Origin: Elusimicrobiota bacterium
GTDB taxonomy: Bacteria > Elusimicrobiota > Elusimicrobia > UBA1565
Length of the DNA: 64,000 nucleotides
Direction: 5' to 3'
NCBI GenBank assembly: GCA_043827405.1
Contig: JBDRPD010000039.1
Location: forward strand, 103,830-167,829
Shown here: positions 1-9,029 of the stretch, piece by piece
Layout: every line of letters starts with the position of its first letter
How positions within the stretch are numbered: the stretch's first letter is position 1
Position numbers and translations under genes: made by a program
Notes under the pieces: model-generated
The model's input: only the letters and a program-made list of their open reading frames with translations
The model's database searches: none
What the model was told of the DNA's origin: nothing

Positions 1-26
1 TCGGCGTCGGCGTCGTCAAGCGGTTC

Positions 27-1361
27 TTAGAGGCCTGTTTCGCGCTTCCAGTCCGCGAAAAACTCCTCGTAGGTCCGGTGGAAGTGCTTGCGAAAAAGCG
101 CCGCTTCGTCGCCGCCGGCGCCCAGCTCCTTGAGGTACTCTACGATGTTGTAGAAGCCTCGCCGCTGTTTGAGGCGGCGCGCGAGCGACAGGGACATGTC
201 GTACGCGGTAATCGCCTGGCGGGTATCCATTCCGGCAAAGCGCTGCTTGAGCCGTGCCGCCGGCAGAATGCCGCCCGCTGCGCGCAGCCGGCGCTCGGCC
301 TCGGCGCTGTCCTTGCCTTCCACCAGCTGGGCGAGGCCCTCATTGAGCCATGGCGGGCAGGCGGGGGAAAGGCGGAAAACCGCCGCATGCGTGTACTCAT
401 GAAAGACGACGGCGCGTATCCGTTCCTGTTCGGCGTCGTAGTCGGTGAGCGGGATGCGGATTTTTCCATCGAACAGCGCGCCCGCCCAGGCGTCGGGCTT
501 GAGCGCGGCGGCGAAATCGACGGGATCGTAGAACAGGACCTGGACGCGGTCTTTGAGCTCAAAGAGCAGCTCTCGTCCGACCTCCACATGCGCGCGGTCC
601 AGCAGCCGCGAGATGCGGGGCTTCGCGCGGAGAAAGTCCGCCTGCCGGGGACCGCTGTAGTGGAAGTCGAAGTGGATGGACGAATCGTTCGAAAAGCCGC
701 TTTCGCCTTTGGCCTTGGCGAGCAGCGCGGACATCTGCGCGCTCGCGGAATCCAGCGTCAGCCCCTTCTCCAGCGTCGTCACGGCCTCCGCGATCCGTCC
801 CTGTTCGTAATAGATTTGCCCCAGCAGGGCGTAGGCTTTGGCCTCGTCCGGGAAATCGCGGACCGTCCTTTCCAGCTCCGTCGCGGCCTGCAGCGGATCC
901 CCGGACTGATAGGCGCAGTAGCCCGCGGTGTAGGAAAAGACGGCGCGGGAGGGGTCCGTTTCGGCGGCGCTGCGGAAAGAGGACAACGCGCGTTCGTAGC
1001 GTTCCCGGCCGCTTCCTTCTTTGATGGCGCTTTGGCCCTTGTGAAAGTGTGCTGCGGCTAGATTTGCCCGCAGCGCCTGGTCGGCGAAGTCGTTGTGGCG
1101 GGCACGCATGAACTCGGCGATCGCTTCATCGTAGCGGCCGGCTGCCAGGTGTTCGATTCCCAGTTGGTTGTGGCGCCGAGTCTCGGGATCGACCGCAGCT
1201 ACGGGACCGGCCTGGACGCCGGCTGCGGGCGCGCTCTTGGGGGCGGCGGTTTCAACCCCGCTCTTCGGCTGTACGCTTTTTTCGAGCAGGCGCGTCCCGA
1301 CGGCGAGCAGGGCGCAGAAGAAAATGCCGAGAAACAGCAGGTTTCGGGCGCCCGGGTCCAC
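27..1361 (-). CDS. TPR-repeat protein with C-terminal MA-clan (gluzincin-like) metallopeptidase domain
   Basis: N-terminal hydrophobic anchor, TPR-like helices (AYALLGQIYYEQGRIAEAVTTLEKGL), HEYTH zinc motif followed by PPWLNEGLA. Confidence 0.85.
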   Translation of the reverse strand: MDPGARNLLFLGIFFCALLAVGTRLLEKSVQPKSGVETAAPKSAPAAGVQAGPVAAVDPETRRHNQLGIEHLAAGRYDEAIAEFMRARHNDFADQALRANLAAAHFHKGQSAIKEGSGRERYERALSSFRSAAETDPSRAVFSYTAGYCAYQSGDPLQAATELERTVRDFPDEAKAYALLGQIYYEQGRIAEAVTTLEKGLTLDSASAQMSALLAKAKGESGFSNDSSIHFDFHYSGPRQADFLRAKPRISRLLDRAHVEVGRELLFELKDRVQVLFYDPVDFAAALKPDAWAGALFDGKIRIPLTDYDAEQERIRAVVFHEYTHAAVFRLSPACPPWLNEGLAQLVEGKDSAEAERRLRAAGGILPAARLKQRFAGMDTRQAITAYDMSLSLARRLKQRRGFYNIVEYLKELGAGGDEAALFRKHFHRTYEEFFADWKRETGL

Positions 1362-1375
1362 GCCCTATTTAAGCA

Positions 1376-3193
1376 TTATGCGCCGCCGTTTCCGCCGTCC
1401 GCCCGGCGGCGGCGGGTGCGCTTGTAATCGCCGTAGAGCTCAGCGTAACGGCGGCTCAGGCGCAGCAGCGACTCATGGTCGCCTTGCTCCACTATGGTGC
1501 CGCGGTCTACGACGTAGATCCGGTCGGCGGCACGTACCGTGGAAAGGCGGTGCGCGATGACGACCGTGGTCCGGCCGGTGGTCAGGCGGGCGAGCGCCCG
1601 CTGCAACGTCTTCTCGGTCGCCGCGTCCATGGCGCTGGTGGCCTCGTCGAGCACGAGGATCGCGGGATCGGCCAGCAGCGCCCGCACGTAGCACACGACC
1701 TGGCGCTCGCCGTGGCTCAGCCGGCCGCCGCGCTCGCCGACATCCGTCGCATAGCCGTCGGCGAGCGCTTCCAGGACTTCGTGCGCGCCGAGGGATTTCG
1801 CGGCGTTGAGTATCTCATCGTCCGTCGCGTCGGGATGTCCGAAGCGCAGGTTGTCCATGACCGTCCCCGAGAAGAGGTAGCCGTCCTGCGGGATGACGCC
1901 GACGTGATCGCGCAGGGACGTGAGCCGGATGTCGCGGACGTCCCGGCCGTCGATGCGGACGTGTCCTTCCTGGGCTTCGTAGAAGCGGCACAGCAGGGCG
2001 ATGATCGAGGTCTTGCCGGCGCCGGTATGGCCGACGAAGGCGGCGGTCGTTCCCGGCTCGATCGCGAACGAGGCGCCGCGCACGATCCAGGGCAGCTCCG
2101 GGCCGTAGCGGAAATGGACATGGGAGAACGTCACGCGGCCCTTGACTTCGGACAGAGCGCCGGCGCCGGTCCGGTCCTGTATCTCCGGCTGGGTGTCGAG
2201 GACCTGAAAGACCCGCTCGCCCGCCGCCGCAGCTCCCAGCAGCTCGTTGTAGAGCTCGCCGAGCTGCTCGATCGGCTCGAATACCGATTCCAGCAGCAGC
2301 AGAAAGGCTACCAGTTCGCCGATCGTCAGCTCGCCGCGCATTACCAGGGCGCCGCCGTATATCAGGATAGCGGCGCCGCCGATCCCGTAGTGCATCGAGA
2401 CCGCCGGAAGATACGCCGACCATATCATGATCGTACGCAGGGCCGTCTTCTGCAGCCGGCGGATCAGGCGGCGTCCTTCGGCCAGGGTTTTATTTTCCTG
2501 GACCGTGGCCTGGATGATGCGCATGCCGTTTATCGTCTCGGCGTAGTGCGCGGTCACGCGCGAGAGCGCCGCTCGCGCATCGCGGTAGGCGCGCATTCCG
2601 CGCCGGCGGAATATCTCGGAGGAGAGCACCAGCGTCGGCACGCAGATAATTACCACCAAGGACAGCCGGTAGTCGTAATAGGCCATGGATGAGAGGGCGA
2701 AAATAAGCAGGAATACCGCGCTCGTCAGAATCACCGGCCCCCATACGAGCGGATGCTCCAGGGCGTCCACGTCGCGGTCCACGCGCGCGATGATGCGTCC
2801 ATGCTGGGTGCGGTCAAAGAAGCTCATCGACAGCGTCTGCACATGCTCGAATACCGCGCGCCGCATGTCGCCAAGGATGCGCTGGCCGCAGCGGGCCAGC
2901 AGACGGATCTCGACGATGATCCAGCAGGCGCGCAGCAGCGTATTGCCGGCGTAGGCCAGACAGACGAGGGCCAGTCCCGTTTCCGCTCCCGCGACGAGAT
3001 AGCTGTCGATCGCGATGCGCACCAGATGCGGACCGGCGAGATAGGAGAAGCACCAGCCGATCTCCATCACCAGCGCCGTCACGATCGGTTTCCGGTAGGG
3101 AGCGATGAACCCGCCCAGACGCCGCATGTTGGTCCAGGTCGGCCGCGCCTGCGCGAGCTCCTCTTCCAGCCGCCAGTCCTTGCTATCCGCCAT
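1376..3193 (-). CDS. ABC exporter, fused permease/ATPase (heterodimer subunit)
   Basis: TM domain, Walker A GHTGAGKT, degenerate signature LSHGE, Walker B LVLDE, H-loop IAHR. Start placed at MADSKD (3193), overlapping the upstream gene stop. Confidence 0.92.
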   Translation of the reverse strand: MADSKDWRLEEELAQARPTWTNMRRLGGFIAPYRKPIVTALVMEIGWCFSYLAGPHLVRIAIDSYLVAGAETGLALVCLAYAGNTLLRACWIIVEIRLLARCGQRILGDMRRAVFEHVQTLSMSFFDRTQHGRIIARVDRDVDALEHPLVWGPVILTSAVFLLIFALSSMAYYDYRLSLVVIICVPTLVLSSEIFRRRGMRAYRDARAALSRVTAHYAETINGMRIIQATVQENKTLAEGRRLIRRLQKTALRTIMIWSAYLPAVSMHYGIGGAAILIYGGALVMRGELTIGELVAFLLLLESVFEPIEQLGELYNELLGAAAAGERVFQVLDTQPEIQDRTGAGALSEVKGRVTFSHVHFRYGPELPWIVRGASFAIEPGTTAAFVGHTGAGKTSIIALLCRFYEAQEGHVRIDGRDVRDIRLTSLRDHVGVIPQDGYLFSGTVMDNLRFGHPDATDDEILNAAKSLGAHEVLEALADGYATDVGERGGRLSHGERQVVCYVRALLADPAILVLDEATSAMDAATEKTLQRALARLTTGRTTVVIAHRLSTVRAADRIYVVDRGTIVEQGDHESLLRLSRRYAELYGDYKRTRRRRADGGNGGA

Positions 3194-4982
3194 GGCCTTG
3201 CTCCACAGCGGCGGGCGCGGCGTCCAAGACCTGTCCCGCGAATAGTTCGCGGTAGACCGCGCAGCGAGCGAACAGGTCCTCATGGGTGCCGGAGTCGATG
3301 ACGCGCCCCGCTTCGACCACGATCACGCGGTCCGCCAGGAGTACGCCCGAAAGCCGCTGGGTGACGATCAGGGTGGTGCGGCCCGTCGCCGCGTCGTGCA
3401 GCGCCTCGACCAGGCCGCGCTCGGTCTGCGCGTCAACGCTCGCCATGGCGTCATCGAGCACTAAAATGCGCGGGTCGGCGAGAAGCGCGCGCGCGATAGC
3501 GACCCGCTGCTTCTGTCCGCCGCTCAAGGTCACTCCCCGCTCGCCGACTACGGTCTCTAGTCCGTCGGAGAGCTCTTCGACGAAGGCGGCGAGCTGCGCC
3601 GTTCCGGCGGCGGCCAGGATTTTCTCGTCGTTCGCCTCGTCCATCGCGAATGCCAGGTTCTCGCGGAGCGTGGCGGAGAACAGAAAGGTCTCCTGGAAAA
3701 CGCAGCCGATCGCGCGACGCAGGTCCTTTAGGGGGAGCCGGCGTATATCCGTTCCATCGAGACGGATGCTCCCCGACTGCGGGTCGAAGAACCGCAGCAG
3801 CAAAGAGATTAGGGTCGACTTGCCGCAGCCGGTCGGGCCGACGAGCGCCACGCATTCTCCGGGACGCACCGCGAAAGACAGCTCATTGAGCACGCGCTCG
3901 CTGCCGGGGTAGCCGAAGGCGACCGCCGCGAATTCCAGGGCGCCGCGCCCCGGCGGCAGGACGGAGGGGGAGCTGTCCTGGGGGACCGTATGCGGGCTGT
4001 CGATGAGCTCGAAGAGCCGCTGGGCGCTTACGCCCGCCTCCTGCGAGATCGCGACGAGACGGGTCAGGCTGTGCAGTTCGTGGAATATCCTGCCCGCGTA
4101 GAAGAGGCAGGCCACGACCGCGCCTTTGGCCAGGGTGCCCGCGATGACGAGCTTGCCGCCGAGCAGCAGGATCAGCGGTACGCTGAGCCCGAAGAGCGTA
4201 TGCGCCAGCGGCATGCGGAGGCTCCAGAAGTCGGTGACGTCGATGGTGCTGTTGACATAATGGTCGAGCTTGCCGACGAAGCGCGTGCGCTGGGCGCCTT
4301 CTCGGCCGAAGGATTTAACGATCTTTACCCCCTCGATATTTTCCTTTATGTCGAGCGCGACCCCGTCATAGACGTCGTCCGCCTTGCGGTTGAGCGGTTG
4401 CAGACCTCGCGCCGTCCAGTAGAGCAGGCTGGCGCTCAGCAGGAAGCAGACGGCGGTCACGGCGGCCAGCAGCGCGCTGCGCGCTGCTATCAGAACGAAG
4501 GTTCCCACGACCATGAGGCTCAGCTGGATGAGGGTAAATATTACGATCCCGAAAAACGGCTGCATCTTCTGGATGTCGCGCGATACGCGCGCGATGATTT
4601 GTCCCGAGTCGTGTTTGCCGTAGAATACGGGAGAGAGTACGTGGAGCTTCTCCAGCGCCTCCTCACGCAGGTCGGCAACGAGGCCCTGCACCATGGCGCC
4701 GCGCGCGGCGTTGTAGCCGAATCGGAAGAGGTTCATCAGCGCCGTAACGCCGAAAAAAAGCGCAGCGTAGCGCAGCCCGACGCGCGCGATTTCACCGGAA
4801 GCGGCATCGGCGGATTCCAGGGCGTCTACGGCGCTGCCGAGGATCCACGGGCGGGCCAGCGCCATGGCGATGCCGGCGAGCAGGAACGCCGCCGCCGACG
4901 CGGTCAGCTTCGGCGCGGTCGCGAGCCTCCGGATCATTTTCCGGTAGGACGGCCACAATTTTTCCTGCTTCTCTTCGTCCAT
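3183..4982 (-). CDS. ABC exporter, fused permease/ATPase (heterodimer subunit)
   Basis: Walker A GPTGCGKS, LSGGQ signature, degenerate Walker B LVLDD and Q in place of the switch His (VTQR). Pattern of a TmrAB/EfrAB-type heterodimer with one degenerate site. Confidence 0.92.
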   Translation of the reverse strand: MDEEKQEKLWPSYRKMIRRLATAPKLTASAAAFLLAGIAMALARPWILGSAVDALESADAASGEIARVGLRYAALFFGVTALMNLFRFGYNAARGAMVQGLVADLREEALEKLHVLSPVFYGKHDSGQIIARVSRDIQKMQPFFGIVIFTLIQLSLMVVGTFVLIAARSALLAAVTAVCFLLSASLLYWTARGLQPLNRKADDVYDGVALDIKENIEGVKIVKSFGREGAQRTRFVGKLDHYVNSTIDVTDFWSLRMPLAHTLFGLSVPLILLLGGKLVIAGTLAKGAVVACLFYAGRIFHELHSLTRLVAISQEAGVSAQRLFELIDSPHTVPQDSSPSVLPPGRGALEFAAVAFGYPGSERVLNELSFAVRPGECVALVGPTGCGKSTLISLLLRFFDPQSGSIRLDGTDIRRLPLKDLRRAIGCVFQETFLFSATLRENLAFAMDEANDEKILAAAGTAQLAAFVEELSDGLETVVGERGVTLSGGQKQRVAIARALLADPRILVLDDAMASVDAQTERGLVEALHDAATGRTTLIVTQRLSGVLLADRVIVVEAGRVIDSGTHEDLFARCAVYRELFAGQVLDAAPAAVEQGHGG

Positions 4983-4987
4983 CGATT

Positions 4988-5018
4988 AAAAAAGCCCGCT
5001 GGACCGATGCCCAGCGGG
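4988..5018 (-). terminator. Intrinsic terminator inside the 5' leader of the ABC exporter operon (possible attenuator)
   Basis: 8-bp stem CCCGCTGG/CCAGCGGG followed by T6 on the minus strand, 5 nt before the ATG at 4982. Confidence 0.65.
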
Positions 5019-5057
5019 AACATTCGACATGCGGTTTCCCGTGACCCCTGCGCCGTC

Positions 5058-5086
5058 ATTTTACCAGGATGGAGCCGGTATTTCAA
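5058..5086 (-). promoter_or_regulatory. sigma70-type promoter of ABC exporter operon
   Basis: TTGAAA-N17-TAAAAT on the minus strand with extended TG. Confidence 0.65.
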
Positions 5087-5157
5087 TAGCGCCGCGCGCC
5101 GTTAATTATATTCTTGAATTGTGCAAATTCTTGTGATACGCTAGACAAGTAATCCGC

Positions 5158-5703
5158 ATGACTGAAGAGAGCGAAAACAAGCCGCCGCCCAGACCCAAGC
5201 TGCCGCCGAAGCCGGGCCAACCGGCGCCGGCGGCGAGCCCGCCGCCGCAGCCCGCGCCCGCCGCACCCGGCGGGATGCCGCCTGCACCCGGCGGGATGCA
5301 GCCCGGACCCGGCGGGATGCCGCCCGGACCCGGCGCGATGCAGCCCGGACCCGGCGCAATGCCGCAGCAGATGCCGGCCGCCCCGTCGCCGCCGCCGCGC
5401 CCCTGTCCTATTTGCAGCCAGCAGTTGACCTATATCCCGTACTACCAGGCCTGGTACTGCTATAACTGCCAAAAGAACCCCGATACGTCGCAGCCGCAGC
5501 GCCGGCGCTTTTGTTCCTTTTGCGGCGGCGGCCTAACCTATGTCGATCAGTACCAGTCGTGGTACTGCATGGCTTGCCAGCGCTATCCTGACCAGGCCTC
5601 GGCGCCCGCCCAGCATACCTGTCCGGCCTGCGGCGGCGGCCTGGGCTACGTGCCTCAGTATCAGGCATGGTACTGTTACGCCTGTCAGAACTACGCGAAC
5701 TGA
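5158..5703 (+). CDS. Pro/Gly-rich protein with three C4 zinc-ribbon-like repeats
   Basis: Three CxxC-x14-CxxC repeats with conserved L-x-Y-[IV]-xx-YQ[AS]WY core after a low-complexity N-terminus. Confidence 0.8.
   Translation: MTEESENKPPPRPKLPPKPGQPAPAASPPPQPAPAAPGGMPPAPGGMQPGPGGMPPGPGAMQPGPGAMPQQMPAAPSPPPRPCPICSQQLTYIPYYQAWYCYNCQKNPDTSQPQRRRFCSFCGGGLTYVDQYQSWYCMACQRYPDQASAPAQHTCPACGGGLGYVPQYQAWYCYACQNYAN
5266..5370 (+). repeat. 21-bp coding tandem repeat (five imperfect units, PG[GA]M[PQ]xx)
   Basis: Units beginning cccggcg(g/c)(g/a)atg at 5266, 5287, 5308, 5329, 5350. Confidence 0.85.
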
Positions 5704-5745
5704 TCGGCGCGCGTTTTTTGTAGAATATACTCCCGCCCGTTAAAC

Positions 5746-5817
5746 GCGCTCATGGTGAAACGGATATCACGACAGCCTCCGGAGCTGTAAGTTCAGGTTC
5801 GATTCCTGATGAGCGCA
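5746..5817 (+). tRNA. tRNA-Arg(CCG)
   Basis: Acceptor GCGCTCA/TGAGCGC, D stem GTGA/TCAC, anticodon arm ACAGC-CTCCGGA-GCTGT, T arm TCAGG-TTCGATT-CCTGA. CCA not encoded. TAGAAT -10 element upstream. Confidence 0.95.
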
Positions 5818-5891
5818 AACCATTTCTAAAATAACAGCTCTGCTTCTTTTCCCAGTAAACATGCCTGGCACCTTTACTGGAGCGCGGGGTT

Positions 5892-6194
5892 TTATTTTTG
5901 TTCGGCGGCCGGGGGCTTCGCCGCTTCTTTTTTAGCGATGGCGGCGGACGTGCGGGCGGCGAAGACGAAGAAGGCGATCGCGACGACGGAGGCGATGACC
6001 ATTTTCGCCATCTCGCCGGAAGGCGGGCGGCCCGGTCGCCCCGCGCCGCGCATCAGGAAGCCGATGATGATCGACGCCACCGAGGCGGTCAGCAGATAGG
6101 GCAGCGCGAACGCGCCGCCGAGATAGCCCTTGATGCCGCCCATCATCAGGCAGAAGCCGAAATAGAGCAGGGCGTAGGTCAGGGTCGTCGCCAT
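5892..6194 (-). CDS. Small membrane protein (about 3 TM)
   Basis: Three hydrophobic segments, directly downstream of alaS in the same orientation. Confidence 0.7.
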   Translation of the reverse strand: MATTLTYALLYFGFCLMMGGIKGYLGGAFALPYLLTASVASIIIGFLMRGAGRPGRPPSGEMAKMVIASVVAIAFFVFAARTSAAIAKKEAAKPPAAEQK

Positions 6195-6203
6195 ATGCCG
6201 GAT

Positions 6204-8924
6204 CTAGGACAGCGTCTCTTTGACCGTATTAATCAGCATTTCCCAGTCGACATCCGGCCCGCCGCCCTGGGCAAAGTCCTTGCGGCCGCCGCCCTTGCCC
6301 TTCTGCGCCTCGGCTACCGCTTTGGCGATCTTGGAGGCGTCGACGCCCTTGCCGACCAGGTCCTGGGTGACGCTGACGACGAACGACAGCTTGTGGTCGT
6401 TCGCCGCGCCGAGAAACACCACCCCGGTGCCGAGTTCGCGCTTGACTTGATCGGAGATCGTGCGCAGCGTCTGCAGCTCGGCGCTGTCGAACTTCTGCAC
6501 TGAGAGCTTGATGCCGCCAACCTCGAGCAGCATCAGTCCGATCTGCGCCTGCTGCATAAGCTTCTCGCGTTTGAGGTCGGTGAGCTGGCGCCGGTGCTTC
6601 TTGTCCAGCTTCTCCATCAAAGCCAAGGCCTTGTCGATCTCGGCGGCCGGCGCGGTCTCGGGGTCGGGCAGGTCGCGCAGCACGTCCCGATACGGGAGTC
6701 CCGAAACGGACTGGATCTTCGAGGTGATGACGATATAATCCTTAAGCGCCGTTTTGAGCGCTTCGCGCTTGAGGTTTTCTTCCTGCCGCTCACGCTCATC
6801 GAGCGCGGGCCCCGCGACAGCCTCGATGCGGCGAATGCCGGCGGCGACCGAGCTCTGCTTGATGACCTTGAACTGTTTGATCTCGCCCGTGCGCTTGACG
6901 TGGGTGCCGCCGCAGAGCTCGAGGCTGAAGCGGTCCTGCGGGTCGTCCCAGCCGCGGGCGCCGATCAGCAGGAAGCGGGGCTTCTCGCCGTAGTTTTCGC
7001 CCAGCAGCGTGCGGGCGTTGAGCGTCTTGGCGTCCTCGGCCGCCCGTTCCTGCGCGGCGACGGTATAATCAGCCAGAATCGCTTCGTTGGCGATCTCTTC
7101 GATCTTCCATATCTCGTCGCGGTCGAGCGGTTCCGGGTAGGTGAAGTCGAAGCGCAGGCGATCGGGCGCTACGAATGAGCCGGCCTGCCGGATCGTATCG
7201 CCCAGGATGCGCTGCAGCGCTTCATTGAGCAGATGCGTCGCCGTATGATGGTAGGCGGTGGTCCGACGGCGGGCGAGGTCGACGCGCGCCAGTACGCGCG
7301 TTCCCGGACGAATCTCCTTATGCGCGATGATCCGGTGTATGATAAGCCCGGGGAGGGGTTTTTGCGTATCCACCACCTTGGCCACGATCTTTTCCGTGAC
7401 GTCGTCGAGGAGTTCTCCTGCGTCGCCGACCTGGCCGCCGCCTTCCGGATAGAAGGGGGTGCGCACCAGAAGGATTTCGCCCTCGTCGCCGGGGGCGAGC
7501 GTCGCTTGGCCGCCGATGATGGCGGAGATCTTGGTCTCTTGTTCCGTCTTCGTGTAGCCGACAAATTCGCTGGCATAGCCTTCGGCGGCATAGCGCTGAT
7601 ACTTGTCCTTCGAGGTTTCGCCCGAGCCCTTCCAGCCGGCACGTGCGGTCTCGACCGCCTTTTCCTGCGCCGTATGGAAGCTCTTTTCGTCGAGGGTGAT
7701 TCCTTTCGCCTGGCAGATCTCGCGCGTCAGCTCAAGGGGAAAGCCGAAGCTGTCGTAGAGCTTGAAGGCCTGCTCGCCGGACAGGCGCTTGTCATTGCTT
7801 TTCAGGATGTCCTGCAGTTCGCGCTCGCCCTTCTCGAGCGTCTCCAGGAAACGCTTCTCTTCAGCCATAAGCGTCGCTTCGACCTGCGGCCGCGACGCGC
7901 CCAGCTCCGGATAGGTGTCGTTGAAGATCGCGATGGCCGGCTTGACGAGAGTGTGCAGAAACGGCTCTTTGGCGCCGAGCAGCCGCCCGTAGCGCGAGGC
8001 GCGGCGGATGAGGCGGCGCAGGACATAGCCCCGTTCGACGTTCGATGGGATGATCCCCTCCGCGGTGAGCATTACGGCGGCGCGGATATGGTCCGAGATG
8101 ATGCGGTAGGCCGTTTCCGTTTCGGCCTGCTCTTTGGGGACCAGGCCGGTGAAGACGGGCGCCGGTACGCCGAGGTGTTCCGACGCGGCTTGGCGGATGG
8201 GATCGAAGAGGCTGGTCTGAAAGGGGCTCGCTTTGCCTTCCACCAGCATGGCTAAACGTTCGAGCCCCATTCCGGTATCGATGTTCTGGTTCGGCAGGGT
8301 CTTGAGCGACCCATCCTCCTGCCGGTTGAACTGCATGAAGACCAGGTTCCAGATTTCGATGTAGCGGTCGCCGTCACCGCCCACGACGTCTCCGGGTCCC
8401 CGGCCCATCTCCGGCCCGAGGTCGTAATAGATCTCGGAGCAGGGGCCGCAGGGGCCGGTTTCGCCCATGGCCCAGTAGTTGGTGTCTTCGCCCAGACGGT
8501 AGATCTCGTTCGGGATGCCTTCCTTTTCCCACAGCTTTTCGGCTTCGTCATCGTCCTTGAATATCGTCACGTACAGGCGCTTCGGGTCGAGGCCTATGAC
8601 ATGGGTCAGGAAATCCCAGGCAAAGTGGATCGCGTCCTGCTTGAAGTAATCGCCGAATGAGAAATTGCCGAGCATCTCGAAGAACGTCATGTGCCTGATC
8701 GTGGTGCCGACGATGTCGATGTCGACGGTGCGGAAGCACTTCTGGCAGGAGGCCGCGCGGTTGGTGCCCGTTTTAAGCCCCAGGAAGTAGGGCTTGAAGG
8801 GCACCATGCCGGCGATGTTGAACATGACCGTCGTATCGCCCTCAGGGATAAGCGGCGTGGATGCCGTTATGTGATGGCCCTTGTGGTCAAAATAAGTAAG
8901 GAATTTCTCGCGTAAATCACTCAC
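6204..8924 (-). CDS. alaS: Alanine--tRNA ligase
   Basis: AGMVPFKPYFLG, HMTFFEMLGNFSFGDYFK, IDTGMGLER, editing motifs HTATH and ELCGGTH, C-terminal GGGRKDFAQGGG. Confidence 0.99.
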   Translation of the reverse strand: MSDLREKFLTYFDHKGHHITASTPLIPEGDTTVMFNIAGMVPFKPYFLGLKTGTNRAASCQKCFRTVDIDIVGTTIRHMTFFEMLGNFSFGDYFKQDAIHFAWDFLTHVIGLDPKRLYVTIFKDDDEAEKLWEKEGIPNEIYRLGEDTNYWAMGETGPCGPCSEIYYDLGPEMGRGPGDVVGGDGDRYIEIWNLVFMQFNRQEDGSLKTLPNQNIDTGMGLERLAMLVEGKASPFQTSLFDPIRQAASEHLGVPAPVFTGLVPKEQAETETAYRIISDHIRAAVMLTAEGIIPSNVERGYVLRRLIRRASRYGRLLGAKEPFLHTLVKPAIAIFNDTYPELGASRPQVEATLMAEEKRFLETLEKGERELQDILKSNDKRLSGEQAFKLYDSFGFPLELTREICQAKGITLDEKSFHTAQEKAVETARAGWKGSGETSKDKYQRYAAEGYASEFVGYTKTEQETKISAIIGGQATLAPGDEGEILLVRTPFYPEGGGQVGDAGELLDDVTEKIVAKVVDTQKPLPGLIIHRIIAHKEIRPGTRVLARVDLARRRTTAYHHTATHLLNEALQRILGDTIRQAGSFVAPDRLRFDFTYPEPLDRDEIWKIEEIANEAILADYTVAAQERAAEDAKTLNARTLLGENYGEKPRFLLIGARGWDDPQDRFSLELCGGTHVKRTGEIKQFKVIKQSSVAAGIRRIEAVAGPALDERERQEENLKREALKTALKDYIVITSKIQSVSGLPYRDVLRDLPDPETAPAAEIDKALALMEKLDKKHRRQLTDLKREKLMQQAQIGLMLLEVGGIKLSVQKFDSAELQTLRTISDQVKRELGTGVVFLGAANDHKLSFVVSVTQDLVGKGVDASKIAKAVAEAQKGKGGGRKDFAQGGGPDVDWEMLINTVKETLS

Positions 8925-8948
8925 GTGCTCATTGTAGCAAACAACGTC

Positions 8949-9027
8949 CGGTCCCTGTTATTAACATTAACTTTTTACTTCTTTGTGTTGTGAGATCTAG
9001 AAAAGTTAATGTTAATAACAGGTACCG
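8949..9027. repeat. AT-rich inverted repeat (22-bp perfect arms, 25-nt spacer)
   Basis: CCTGTTATTAACATTAACTTTT (8954-8975) and its reverse complement (9001-9022). Extends to 27 bp with one mismatch. Confidence 0.9.
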
Positions 9028-9029
9028 AA

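Noticed and set aside
5266..5370. Short direct repeats as a possible CRISPR array
   Set aside because: Contiguous in-frame coding repeats with no spacers and no cas genes.
5852..5880. CCAGTAAA...TTTACTGG hairpin after tRNA-Arg as an att site or element end
   Set aside because: No second copy of the tRNA-Arg 3' end in the window; probably a simple terminator or processing stem.
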